Shown in pieces: positions 38,906 to 48,783 of a DNA stretch of 52,670 nucleotides. The stretch covers positions 1 through 52,670 of the forward strand of contig CAZZGL010000004.1 in the NCBI GenBank assembly GCA_964654155.1, read 5' to 3'. The notes beneath the pieces were generated by a model that was given only the letters and a program-made list of their open reading frames with translations, made no database searches and was not told where the DNA came from. The translations under genes and the position numbers were made by a program. Within the stretch, counting starts at the first letter, position 1. Every line of letters starts with the position of its first letter. The stretch comes from an uncultured Staphylococcaceae bacterium. Lineage in GTDB: Bacteria > Bacillota_I > Bacilli_A > RFN20 > CAG-826.

Positions 38906-39949
38906 ATGTTTAGTAAAAATTTAAAATATTATAGATTAATGAATTCATTAAGCAAAAAAGAATTAGCTAATAAAGTTAATATAACTTCTATGTCCATTTC
39001 AAATTATGAAAATGGTAAAAGAATACCAGAAATAGAAACTATGAAAAAGCTTGCTGAAGCATTAGGAGTTCGCGTTGCCGATTTTCTAACAATTAGAAAT
39101 GAAAATATTAATTTTTGTCATAATGAATTTCGTAAATGTGCTACCTTAAGTAAAGAAAAACAACAACTAATTTATGAAAGTGTAGAAGAATTTTTTGGAA
39201 GATTTATGGATATAGTAGAAATATTAGGTGGAGATGTCTTACCTAATGTTCCTAAATGTCATGCTTTAAAAATATCCTATGATATTGAACAAGATGCTAT
39301 TAATTTAAGAAAGTATTTAAATTTTGCCAAAGACGGTCCAATTGAAGATTTAATTGGAAAATTAGAAAATAAGGGCTTTCTTATATATGTTCATGAGATT
39401 GAAGATGATAAATTTTCAGGAATTAATGGATTTGTCAATAATAGACCCTATATCATGCTAAATAAAAAAATGAATACAGAACGCAACCGTTCCACTTTAG
39501 TTCATGAATTAGCACATTTAATGTTTGATTGGACTGATATTAAATTCACTAAAAAAGAAATCGAAGAATATGCAACTGCAATCAGTGGTGCGTTTTTATT
39601 TCCAAAAAATGATGTAATAAGAGAACTAGGAATTAGTCGAAAAAAAATTAGTAAAGATTTGGTTATGGTTGCGGTTGAATACGGTATTTCCATGATGATG
39701 CTAGTTAAACGAGCTAATATTTGCCACGTTATTTCAGAATCAATTGCTAACGATTTTTATATAAAAGCTTCTAAACTTGGCTGGAGAAAAAATGAGCCAT
39801 CACGTATTAACGAAGAAAAAACTTCATTATTTGAGCAACTTGTCTTTAGAGCAATTAGCGAAGATGAAATAAGTATTCAACGTGGAGCTGAATTTTTAAA
39901 AATTCCTTATGCTCAAGTAGAAAAAAATTTCTTTTTTAATGAAGAATAA
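38906..39949 (+). CDS. XRE-family HTH fused to an ImmA/IrrE (M78) metallopeptidase
   Basis: N-terminal HTH_3 (ISNYENGKRIP); ERNRSTLVHELAH HExxH; AFLFP. Confidence 0.92.
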   Translation: MFSKNLKYYRLMNSLSKKELANKVNITSMSISNYENGKRIPEIETMKKLAEALGVRVADFLTIRNENINFCHNEFRKCATLSKEKQQLIYESVEEFFGRFMDIVEILGGDVLPNVPKCHALKISYDIEQDAINLRKYLNFAKDGPIEDLIGKLENKGFLIYVHEIEDDKFSGINGFVNNRPYIMLNKKMNTERNRSTLVHELAHLMFDWTDIKFTKKEIEEYATAISGAFLFPKNDVIRELGISRKKISKDLVMVAVEYGISMMMLVKRANICHVISESIANDFYIKASKLGWRKNEPSRINEEKTSLFEQLVFRAISEDEISIQRGAEFLKIPYAQVEKNFFFNEE

Positions 39950-40481
39950 ATTAAAGTATATTAGCAGTGACACTAACGTTTTGCTTGATTTTTTTAACAT
40001 TAATAAGTTGGATTTACCTTTTCGTTTACCATATATATATTTAATGAACAACGATGCAATCGAAACCGAATTTTTAACACCTATTGACTTAAAAAGTAAT
40101 CTTTTAAATTTAGGACTTCAAATTATTGAAATTAACATAACAGAATTTTTATTAGCAGAAAGCTACACCTTAAAATACAAACAATTATCTATATACGATT
40201 GTATTGCACTTGCAATAGCAAAAAATCGTAACATCTTATTACTAACAGGTGATAAAAGGTTACGTAACGCTGCAAAAAAAGAATTTGTAGAAGTTTTTGG
40301 CACTTTAGGTATTTTAGATCAATTGTATAATGGTTCTTACATTAGTAAAGACGAATATGATGAATGTTTAAACGAAATAAAAAAGCTTAATGGTTCATGC
40401 ATTAGATTACCTCGTATTGAAATAGAAAAAAGGCTTTCTGAAGAAGGAAAAAAAGATATTTTTTCTAAAAATCATGAATAG
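39939..40481 (+). CDS. PIN-domain putative ribonuclease
   Basis: SDTNVLLD, LSIYDCIALAIA, LLTGDKRLR and GTLGIL motifs; overlaps the upstream gene by 11 nt. Confidence 0.85.
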   Translation: MKNKLKYISSDTNVLLDFFNINKLDLPFRLPYIYLMNNDAIETEFLTPIDLKSNLLNLGLQIIEINITEFLLAESYTLKYKQLSIYDCIALAIAKNRNILLLTGDKRLRNAAKKEFVEVFGTLGILDQLYNGSYISKDEYDECLNEIKKLNGSCIRLPRIEIEKRLSEEGKKDIFSKNHE

Positions 40482-40494
40482 ACTTTAATTATTC

Positions 40495-40539
40495 AAAAAA
40501 ACTGTTGATTTTCCTAATTAAGGTTTCAACAGTTTTTTT
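40495..40539. terminator. Bidirectional terminator between the PIN gene and greA
   Basis: AAAAAACTGTTGA...TCAACAGTTTTTT. Confidence 0.85.
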
Positions 40540-40549
40540 AATATTTTAA

Positions 40550-41017
40550 TTATTTAATTGATAAAATCTTTACTTCGTAAGGAACAACCGCTTTAACTAC
40601 AACAACATCATCAACTTTTTTTCCAAAAATTGCTTCACCTAAAGCACATTCATTAGAAACTAATCCTTTTAATGGATTTGCTTCAACAGATCCAACTAAA
40701 GTATATGTAACCTCTTCGTTTTCACTTAAATCTAATAATGTAACAGTAGTACCAAGTTTTACAACTCTATCAGAAGATGTTTCTTCAATAACATTTGCGT
40801 TCGCTAAGATATCTTCAATTTGCTTAATACGCCCTTCAACTTCAGCTTGTTTTGCTCTTGCAGCATCATAATCAGCATTTTCTGAAAGGTCACCTTGAGC
40901 ACGAGCCGCTTTTAACTCTTCGATAACTTCAGGACGAATAACATCAATTAATTCACGTAATTCTTTTTCTAATTTTGCTTTACCAGATTTGGTAAGAATA
41001 ATTTTTTCTTGTTCCAT
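40550..41017 (-). CDS. greA: Transcription elongation factor GreA
   Basis: ARAQGDLSENADYDAAR. Confidence 0.97.
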   Translation of the reverse strand: MEQEKIILTKSGKAKLEKELRELIDVIRPEVIEELKAARAQGDLSENADYDAARAKQAEVEGRIKQIEDILANANVIEETSSDRVVKLGTTVTLLDLSENEEVTYTLVGSVEANPLKGLVSNECALGEAIFGKKVDDVVVVKAVVPYEVKILSIK

Positions 41018-41096
41018 ATGTATCTCCTATTCTTTTATAGCCGCTAATAATTATAGCACAATTACATTTTTTTTAAAGAAAAATCGCTTAATTCAA

Positions 41097-41567
41097 TTAA
41101 TTATCACTAATGTATTGATACTTAACAAGAATATCTTTCTCATATTCAAGTTTAATTCTAAAAAATGAATTATCATCATTTATTAAATATTTTAGAAAGT
41201 AATAATCACCTTCCCACATGTTTAATTCAAATAATTTATTCTTTTTAACCCAAATTAAGTCGCCTTCATCGCATTTAATTTGAATTCCTTTAAAATCGGA
41301 TGATGTAAAAACATGCATTGTTTCTTCATATCCATCATAAGAAAAATAAACAATTCCGCGATATTCATAAGATAATAAATCTAAGCCAGTTTCCTCTTTG
41401 ACTTCCCTTTTTAAAGCAATATCGATGGTTTCACCATTTTCAATATGTCCACCTACACCAACAAACTTGTTTTTATTAAGGTCATTTTCTTTTTTATTAC
41501 GATAAAGCATTAAGTACTCATCATTTCTAGATAAATAAATGAGTACTGTTGATGTACTTTTCTTCAT
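41097..41567 (-). CDS. NUDIX hydrolase, 8-oxo-dGTPase (MutT/MutX-like)
   Basis: GGHIENGETIDIALKREVKEETGL Nudix box; CDEGDL.W and MWEGD. Confidence 0.9.
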   Translation of the reverse strand: MKKSTSTVLIYLSRNDEYLMLYRNKKENDLNKNKFVGVGGHIENGETIDIALKREVKEETGLDLLSYEYRGIVYFSYDGYEETMHVFTSSDFKGIQIKCDEGDLIWVKKNKLFELNMWEGDYYFLKYLINDDNSFFRIKLEYEKDILVKYQYISDN

Positions 41568-41840
41568 TTATTCTTCATCTAATTCATTTTGAATCATCGG
41601 GTCTTCAAGAAAGGTATTTAAAACTTCTTCAACTTCATCCCATTCTTCTTCATCTTCGATTTCAAACATTTCATTATTATCATTATATCTAGATGCAAAT
41701 ACTTCTTCTGGATTGTTTGGATCAAAATATAATACATATTGGGCACCACGATCTTCATTTTCATATGTAAAAAGAATTTCGTATTTTACCTCAACGCCAT
41801 CATCATCTACTATGATAATTTCTCTATCATTAATTTCCAT
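41568..41840 (-). CDS. DUF1292 (YrzB-like) acidic protein
   Basis: IEDEEEWDEVEEVLNTF; downstream of ruvX. Confidence 0.88.
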   Translation of the reverse strand: MEINDREIIIVDDDGVEVKYEILFTYENEDRGAQYVLYFDPNNPEEVFASRYNDNNEMFEIEDEEEWDEVEEVLNTFLEDPMIQNELDEE

Positions 41841-41944
41841 ATTTGTTCCTCCTTAAAAATATAAATCAATTTCTTATTCAAGAAATATCTTAACTTTATT
41901 TATGCATATCATTATAATTCATTTCAATTATTTTTATTAGTCTT

Positions 41945-42373
41945 TTATCCATTTTGATGTGAAGCTAAATAAGTTTCTAAAATCACAACCGCTGCTTGTT
42001 GATCAATAACTTTTTTTCGTTTATTTCTTGATAAATTAGCTTCTAAGAGTCTATTCGTCGCAATTTTAGTAGTCCATCTTTCATCAACCATCTCTATTTT
42101 TAAATAAGGAGCAAGCTCTAATAATTCGTCTTTAAATCTTAATGCAGATTCTGCTCGAGGTGACATCGTTCCATTCATATTTAAAGGCAAGCCTAAACAT
42201 ATTTCATTAATACCTTCTTTTTTTGCCAATTCGATAACATGTTCTACTGCTTTTTTATAATTACCTTCTTCAAAACGAAAATTTTCTACCCCGTATGCAT
42301 ACCATCTTGATGCATCAGACATCGCGATGCCTAATGTACGACTACCTAAATCTAAGCCTATAACCTTACTCAT
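41945..42373 (-). CDS. ruvX: Holliday junction resolvase-like / pre-16S rRNA nuclease RuvX (YqgF/YrrK)
   Basis: IGLDLGSRTLGIAMSD, GLPLNMNG, VDERWTT and IDQQAAVVIL motifs. Confidence 0.95.
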   Translation of the reverse strand: MSKVIGLDLGSRTLGIAMSDASRWYAYGVENFRFEEGNYKKAVEHVIELAKKEGINEICLGLPLNMNGTMSPRAESALRFKDELLELAPYLKIEMVDERWTTKIATNRLLEANLSRNKRKKVIDQQAAVVILETYLASHQNG

Positions 42374-42375
42374 AC

Positions 42376-44985
42376 TTATTGCATTATCCTTTTCTTCACA
42401 ATTTCAAATGCATTATTAATTTGATTTACTTCTTTACCGCCACCCGAAGCAAAATCAGGTCTTCCTCCACCAGAGCCGCCTAAAACTCGTGATGCTTCTT
42501 TTATAATATCACCTGCACGAATTCCTTTATTGTTTAATAATTTACTAACTGAACACACTAATGGCAAATTACCACCTACATCACCAATCAAGAATATAAC
42601 ACTATTATCATGTAAATTCTTCAATTGATCAATTCGTTTCATTAATCCATCGCGATCCATATCTTTAAGGTATGCAGTTAATAAATGTACACCATTTATT
42701 TCAATAAAGTTATTTTCTAATTGCTTTGCTTGCATAGAAGCTTCTTTTTCTAAGAATCTCTTGTTTTCTTTAAATAAATTATCTCTATCAAACAATACGC
42801 TTTTTAAACGATCTTGAATTTCATATATGGAACCCGCTTTTAAAAGCTCACGCACTTGAGTTAGCAACATTTCTCTCTTCTTTAATAATTCATATGCATG
42901 TAATCCTGTTCTTGCTTGAATTCTTCTAATTCCAGCTGCAACACTTTCTTCATACTCAATAACAAATGCTCCAATATCACTAGAATTATTAACATGAGTA
43001 CCTCCACAGAATTCTTTTGAAACATCTCCAAATGTTACAACGCGTACAGTATCACCATATTTTTCATCAAATAATGCTTTTGCACCAGTTTTTTTAGCAT
43101 CATCAATTGCTAAGCATAATGTTTCTTGATTAATTGAAGAGGCAATCCATTTATTAACAATAGACTCGACTTCATTAATTTCATTTTCACTCAATTTAGC
43201 GGAATGAGAAAAATCAAAACGAATTACTTCATCATCAACATAACTACCTTCTTGATGAACATGATCTCCTAAAACTTTTATTAATGCACTTTGCAACAAG
43301 TGTGCAGAACTATGGTTTTTCATTGTAAACAAGCGTCTTTGTCTATCAATCTTTAATGTTAATTTATCACCAACTTTTAATTCACCATACAATATTTGAA
43401 CATGGTGTAAATGTTGATGATTTGGAGCCTTAACAACATCATTAACTTCAAGTTTTGTAAATTCATTTTCCATAATTCCTTTATCTGCAACTTGTCCACC
43501 ACTTTCAGCATAAAAGACTGTTGTATCAAGAATTATATCTCCTTCTTCATCTAAACTATCAACTTCAACGCCATCTTTAAACATTGCTAAAACTTTACCT
43601 TTACATGTAAATTCACCATAAATAAATTCACTTGGAACAGTACATGACATCAACGCAGCTGATTGTTTATTCATTGATTTTGCATCACCACGTGCCGCTC
43701 TTGCACGAGCTTTTTGTTTATTCATTTCTTCTTTAAATTCTTCTAAATTAACTTTGACATCACTTTCTTTAGCCATTTCTAAAGTAAGTTCAATTGGAAA
43801 TCCATAAGTATCATATAGTTTAAATGCATCCTCACCGCTTAATTTCGAACTATTTTCTATCATTTTACGAAGCATTTGTTCTCCAGAAGATAAAGTTTTT
43901 AAAAATCTTTCTTCTTCACTTTTAATTGTCTTTTTAACTGAATCAACATTATTTAATAGATATGGATAGAAATCTTTCATTATATCAACAACAATATCCA
44001 CTAAATGATAAAGGAAAGCATCATATATACCTAATTTTCTTCCAAATCTCATAGCCCTTCTTAATATTCTTCTTAAAACATAACCACGACCTTCATTTGA
44101 AAAAGAAGCGCCATCGCTTAGAGCAAATGTACATGTTCTAATATGATCAGCAATAACACGATATGCAAACACATTATCCTTATATTTGATAGTCGTAAGC
44201 TTTTCACATTCTTTTATTATTGGCATGAATAAATCTGTATCAAAATTTGTCTCTGCTCCTTGCATGATACAGGCAAATCTTTCTAATCCCGCACCAGTAT
44301 CAATATTCTTATGAGGTAATTCTTTATAATCTTCTCTTTTCACACCTTCAACAGCGTTATATTGTGAAAATACAATATTCCAGATTTCAATATATCGATC
44401 ATTTTCAATATCTTCATAGAGCATTTTAAGACCTAAATGTTCTGGATCATACTTTTCACCCCTATCAAAGAATATTTCAGTATCTGGTCCACATGGTCCT
44501 TCGCCAATACACCAGAAATTATCTTCAAGTGGAATTAAATGTCCTTCTTCAACCCCACATTTAAGCCATAATTCTTTTGAAGCTTTGTCACTTGGATGAT
44601 AAGTAATGTATAACTTTTCTTTTTCAATTCCAAAATATTTTTCATCAGTCAATAATTCGAAAGCCCAAGGTATAACTTCGTTCCTAAAATAATCACCAAT
44701 CGAAAAATTACCTAACATCTCAAAAAAAGTATGGTGCCTTGCAGTCATTCCAACATTTTCAATATCATTTGTTCTAAGTGATTTTTGAACATTTGTAATT
44801 CTTTTATTTGATGGAATTTCACTACCATCAAAATATTTTTTTAAAGCGGCAACACCGGCATTAATCCATAATAATGTTGGATCATTATGAGGAATTAATG
44901 ATGCACTTGGTTCAATATAATGTCCTCTTTCTTTCCAAAAGTTTAACCATATTTCTCTAATTTCGTTTGCTGTAAGATATCTCAT
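42376..44985 (-). CDS. alaS: Alanyl-tRNA synthetase
   Basis: HHTFFEMLGNFSIGDYF, IDTGAGLER, EFCGGTH and GGGRPDFA motifs; true start ATG 44985 behind GAGGT. Confidence 0.98.
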   Translation of the reverse strand: MRYLTANEIREIWLNFWKERGHYIEPSASLIPHNDPTLLWINAGVAALKKYFDGSEIPSNKRITNVQKSLRTNDIENVGMTARHHTFFEMLGNFSIGDYFRNEVIPWAFELLTDEKYFGIEKEKLYITYHPSDKASKELWLKCGVEEGHLIPLEDNFWCIGEGPCGPDTEIFFDRGEKYDPEHLGLKMLYEDIENDRYIEIWNIVFSQYNAVEGVKREDYKELPHKNIDTGAGLERFACIMQGAETNFDTDLFMPIIKECEKLTTIKYKDNVFAYRVIADHIRTCTFALSDGASFSNEGRGYVLRRILRRAMRFGRKLGIYDAFLYHLVDIVVDIMKDFYPYLLNNVDSVKKTIKSEEERFLKTLSSGEQMLRKMIENSSKLSGEDAFKLYDTYGFPIELTLEMAKESDVKVNLEEFKEEMNKQKARARAARGDAKSMNKQSAALMSCTVPSEFIYGEFTCKGKVLAMFKDGVEVDSLDEEGDIILDTTVFYAESGGQVADKGIMENEFTKLEVNDVVKAPNHQHLHHVQILYGELKVGDKLTLKIDRQRRLFTMKNHSSAHLLQSALIKVLGDHVHQEGSYVDDEVIRFDFSHSAKLSENEINEVESIVNKWIASSINQETLCLAIDDAKKTGAKALFDEKYGDTVRVVTFGDVSKEFCGGTHVNNSSDIGAFVIEYEESVAAGIRRIQARTGLHAYELLKKREMLLTQVRELLKAGSIYEIQDRLKSVLFDRDNLFKENKRFLEKEASMQAKQLENNFIEINGVHLLTAYLKDMDRDGLMKRIDQLKNLHDNSVIFLIGDVGGNLPLVCSVSKLLNNKGIRAGDIIKEASRVLGGSGGGRPDFASGGGKEVNQINNAFEIVKKRIMQ

Positions 44986-45019
44986 ATTATTTACCTCTCT
45001 TCCATCTTTACCTTTTTTA

Positions 45020-45232
45020 AGATAAAAAAAGTTCCTTAAAACATGTAAGGAACGAATTATTCGCGGTACCATCCTTTTTCATCAATAGATGCACTTAATT
45101 AACAACTTTATCGCAGTAAACGGTAAGTTTCCTTACTCTCTTAAAAGTGGCTAGTTTTAAATAACTTGAAGTTCTTTCACCAACGACCTCTCTCTAAAAA
45201 GCTATATTAAAACTTCTCTTTGTCAACGAGCA
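45020..45232 (-). promoter_or_regulatory. T-box riboswitch (Ala) leader of alaS
   Basis: AAGGATGGTACCGCG T-box; terminator GTTCCTTA...TAAGGAACTTTTTTT; AGAGA and GGTGAAA stem-I motifs; candidate GCC specifier at 45149-45151; TGnTATAAT just upstream. Confidence 0.92.
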
Positions 45233-45330
45233 AGTTGATTATAACATAATTCTAAAGCAAATATATATTTTTTATTAATTTTATTTTGTTTTTTTAACTA
45301 TTATTATTATTTAATTAAGTAGCGATTAAG

Positions 45331-45740
45331 ATGTTTACTATAGAAATCTTTTATTAACTTGAACTAAGATTATTCAAAGATAAATATTAAGAATCATATA
45401 AATGTTGCGCAAAGATAATTAAGCAATATTCATCTAGAGTCGATATCAATATAACAGAATTCTATACAAAACTTGTTTTATGTTTTATTATTAAAAACTA
45501 CAACATGCACTTAATTTTTTCCTTAATCGAAACTAATGAGAATCCGGAAAATATGTACTTTTACCACATGTGATTTATTACTTATAAATACAATTATGAC
45601 TTCAAATAAAGAACAATTAGCGTTTGCCATAAATGGAAAAAAAAGCATCACTAAAAATGATTTTCTAATATTCGCGGATACATATGGTATAGCTCACAAA
45701 ATAGCAGAATAACTTTTAAATAACTTTACAAAGTACACAC
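45331..45740 (+). pseudogene. Decayed HipA-family kinase toxin (C-terminal half)
   Basis: MFTIEIFY*LELRLFKDKY*ESYKCCAKIIKQYSSRVDINITEFYTKLVLCFIIKNYNMHLIFSLIET, then after frameshifts CDLLLINTIMTSNKEQLAFAINGKK.ITKNDFLIFAD; tracks HipA MEDFCQ...KY.GSYE...GN.DMHLKNFSL...LSPAYDLL...AL..NGK. Confidence 0.85.
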
Positions 45741-45906
45741 TATATAGCTTAAAATTCATCGCTTCTTAATAATTTTAAAAAATAATTATAAAAAATCAAA
45801 AATACTAATACCAAAGAATCCATTAAATAAACAATATTTATCATTACCTTAAATCAATTTTCAAGTATTTCATCCACAAGATATATACTGAAAATATCTG
45901 CTTTTA

Positions 45907-47697
45907 TTATTTTATCTCTTCAAAATCACTTATCCCATGTTTACATAAGGGGCAAACATAATCTTCAGGGAGCGACTCACCTTCATAAACAAATCCACAT
46001 ATTTTACATACAAAACCTTTTTTACCATCAGTTTTTGGCTTAGGTTTAATATTTTCTTGATAATACTTATACGACATTGTTTCAATACTATTTATAACTC
46101 TTGCTTCGCTAATTGAGCAAATAAACATGCCATGAGTATTTAAATCAACATATTGTTCTACCTTTAAAGACATAAACGAATTAATATATCTTGATAAAAA
46201 AACTAGACCATTATCAGAACGCAACACTTCTTCATTTTCAAATTTATCTGTATTTCTACCACTACAAAAACCAAATTTTTCAAATACAGAAAATGGTGCA
46301 TCAACTGATAAACAATTAATATTTAATATTCCTGTTTGATTAATAATATGGTGAGAATAATTTTGTTTATTTATAATTACCGCAATTCTATCTGGAGAAT
46401 TAGTAACTTGTGTAACAGTATTAACAATTAAACCATTGTCTTTTTTTCCGTCATTACAAGTAACAACATACAATCCATATCCTATATTAAATAAAGCTTT
46501 CATATCATTCTTGTTTGCAGTTCTATCTTGATGCGCTAAATATTCTTGACATAGTTCATTAGCTAATTTTTCAATTTCATCAATATTTGTTTCATTTAAA
46601 CTAGACATAATTCGAATATTATTTTCAGCATAATTTAAATTTTTAGCTTTTTCTAACATACCTTTCATAACTCTAGTTGCCATAGGGGCCCAACTACCAT
46701 TTTCAACAAAAGCTACAGTACGATTAGTAAAATTACGCTCAGTTAAATGATTAATGAATTCTCTCATAAATGGAAATATATCAGCGTTATATGTTGTCGT
46801 TGCTAAAACTATTTTACTATATCTAAAAGCATCTTCAACTACCTCTGACATATCGGTTCTAGCTAAATCATGGACTACCACTTTTGGACAGCCTTTTTCC
46901 TTTAATCGTTGCTCAAGTAAAATTACTGCTTTTTTTGTATTACCATATACAGAAGTATACGCAATTACAATTCCTTCAGTTTCAACACTATAGCTAGACC
47001 ATGTATCATATAGATTTATATAATATCCTAAATTATCATTTAACACAGGACCATGTAAAGGACAAATAAATTTTATATCTAAAGCCGAAGCTTTTTTAAG
47101 CAAAGCTTGTACTTGAACGCCATATTTTCCAACAATCCCTATATAATATCTACGAGCTTCACATAGCCAATCCTCTTCAACATCTAATGCGCCAAATTTA
47201 CCAAATCCATCTGCAGAAAAAAGGACCTTATCATAATTATCATAAGTCACTATTACTTCTGGCCAATGTACCATTGGCGCAGTTACAAATGTTAACACAT
47301 GCTTACCTAAAGATAATGTATCACCTTCGCCGACAACAATTTGATTTTCTTTAAAATCATCTCCAAAAAAATTTTTCATCATTACAAAAGCTTTACTTGA
47401 TGCAACAATTTTTGTATTTGGGTAAACTCTTATAAAATTCATAATATTTGCAGAATGATCTGGTTCCATATGTTGAATAATTAAATAATCAGGATTTCTA
47501 TTTCCTATCACATTTTGAATATTATCTAACCATTCATGAGTAAAATTAACATCAACTGTATCCATTATTGCAATTTTTTCATCTAATATAACATAAGAAT
47601 TATAAGCCATTCCATTTTTAACTTTATATTGTCCTTCAAACAAATCAATCTCGTGATCATTTACTCCTATATACTTTATATCTTCACTAATATACAT
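45907..47697 (-). CDS. Flavodiiron protein (FprA core) fused to flavin reductase and rubredoxin domains
   Basis: HMEPDH, HWPE, SADGFG and PLHGP diiron ligands; flavodoxin TSVYGNT; IGYGLYVV flavin reductase; CKICG...CPLC rubredoxin. Confidence 0.92.
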   Translation of the reverse strand: MYISEDIKYIGVNDHEIDLFEGQYKVKNGMAYNSYVILDEKIAIMDTVDVNFTHEWLDNIQNVIGNRNPDYLIIQHMEPDHSANIMNFIRVYPNTKIVASSKAFVMMKNFFGDDFKENQIVVGEGDTLSLGKHVLTFVTAPMVHWPEVIVTYDNYDKVLFSADGFGKFGALDVEEDWLCEARRYYIGIVGKYGVQVQALLKKASALDIKFICPLHGPVLNDNLGYYINLYDTWSSYSVETEGIVIAYTSVYGNTKKAVILLEQRLKEKGCPKVVVHDLARTDMSEVVEDAFRYSKIVLATTTYNADIFPFMREFINHLTERNFTNRTVAFVENGSWAPMATRVMKGMLEKAKNLNYAENNIRIMSSLNETNIDEIEKLANELCQEYLAHQDRTANKNDMKALFNIGYGLYVVTCNDGKKDNGLIVNTVTQVTNSPDRIAVIINKQNYSHHIINQTGILNINCLSVDAPFSVFEKFGFCSGRNTDKFENEEVLRSDNGLVFLSRYINSFMSLKVEQYVDLNTHGMFICSISEARVINSIETMSYKYYQENIKPKPKTDGKKGFVCKICGFVYEGESLPEDYVCPLCKHGISDFEEIK

Positions 47698-47890
47698 AAT
47701 ATAACCCTCCTAGCTCTATTGCTTTTGAGCTTATATTAACATATTGTTTATTTTTTTCAATTAATACGCTCTACTAGTTATCGTATTTATAAAAATTATG
47801 AATCTATTATAAAAAATAACACTACAATATTTTTACTAAAATTAATCATTCTTCTTAAATAAAACATTAGATTATTCTATTTTTTGTATA

Positions 47891-47920
47891 AAAAAAGTAC
47901 ACCGTTAAATGTACTTTTTT
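47891..47920. terminator. Rho-independent terminator
   Basis: AAAAAAGTACA...TGTACTTTTTT. Confidence 0.8.
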
Positions 47921-47928
47921 AGTTGTTT

Positions 47929-48165
47929 TTATTCTTCAAGTAATATGCTGTCGAACAATATAGTACAGATAGCATCAATAATTCCTAAAGCAATACCGGA
48001 TGGAATAATCGCGATAACAGCAAAAATTATACTAATTATTGACTTTGTTCTCATACAAATTGAGGCTCTTAAAAATATTTCAATAAAATAATTAAGTACT
48101 GGAATAATAAGAAGAAGTACTCTAACTAATTTACTTTGCTTTTTAAACCATTTATCAAATTGCAT
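47929..48165 (-). CDS. Small membrane protein
   Basis: 78 aa, hydrophobic, with an AAGGAG RBS and a downstream terminator. Confidence 0.75.
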   Translation of the reverse strand: MQFDKWFKKQSKLVRVLLLIIPVLNYFIEIFLRASICMRTKSIISIIFAVIAIIPSGIALGIIDAICTILFDSILLEE

Positions 48166-48227
48166 TGTTTTTTTCTCCTTTCACTAATTATATTTTAATA
48201 TATTAAAGATATATTCTTCAATATTCA

Positions 48228-48782
48228 TTATTTAATATTTATAAAATAATCGTCACCTTCATTTAATAAAGAATCAACGCTAATTATATCATCTTGTTCT
48301 ATGCCTAATTCATAACCATTTAAAATACGAAATTTTTCTTCTTTTTTTACTATATCAAGATTAAATAAAATAGTATTTTCTTTTGCAATTACTACCTTTG
48401 TATCTAAATTAACATTGCAATTTGTTTTGATAATAATATCATCTTTACCAATATTTAATGTTACTTCATTACCATTAATACTCATTACTCTTGCAACAAT
48501 AAATCCACTTTCATTTTCTTCAATTAATGGAAATAATCCTGCATTTTCTAATTTATCATTAATAACTTTAAGCACAACTGGTGGTAAATATATTATTCTA
48601 CCATTTGTTTTCATTTTAATTGTATTAGAAAAATTAAGAATATTAATTCCAATTAATCTTTCATCTTTATATAAAGAAATAACTTCATTCGTTTTTATAA
48701 CCCTAGTAGGATAAGCCCATGGATCCATAATAATCATCAAAGTGTCATTAGTGGTATGGTAATGATAATAAGCCGCCCACAT
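48228..48782 (-). CDS. YtpR-like protein (DUF4479 plus degenerate tRNA-binding OB domain)
   Basis: DTLMII...LIGINILNFS...INDKLENAG N-terminal domain; trmB/M42 peptidase neighbourhood. Confidence 0.65.
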   Translation of the reverse strand: MWAAYYHYHTTNDTLMIIMDPWAYPTRVIKTNEVISLYKDERLIGINILNFSNTIKMKTNGRIIYLPPVVLKVINDKLENAGLFPLIEENESGFIVARVMSINGNEVTLNIGKDDIIIKTNCNVNLDTKVVIAKENTILFNLDIVKKEEKFRILNGYELGIEQDDIISVDSLLNEGDDYFINIK

Positions 48783-48783
48783 A

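Noticed and set aside
44986-45072. 29-aa N-terminal extension of AlaS in the ORF track
   Set aside because: It runs through the T-box and terminator; the real start is ATG 44985 with its own RBS
27585-45740. In-frame stops in the RHS and HipA relics as stop-codon recoding
   Set aside because: The stops are mixed TAA/TAG/TGA with frameshifts and missense decay, and intact genes end in TGA, so the standard code applies
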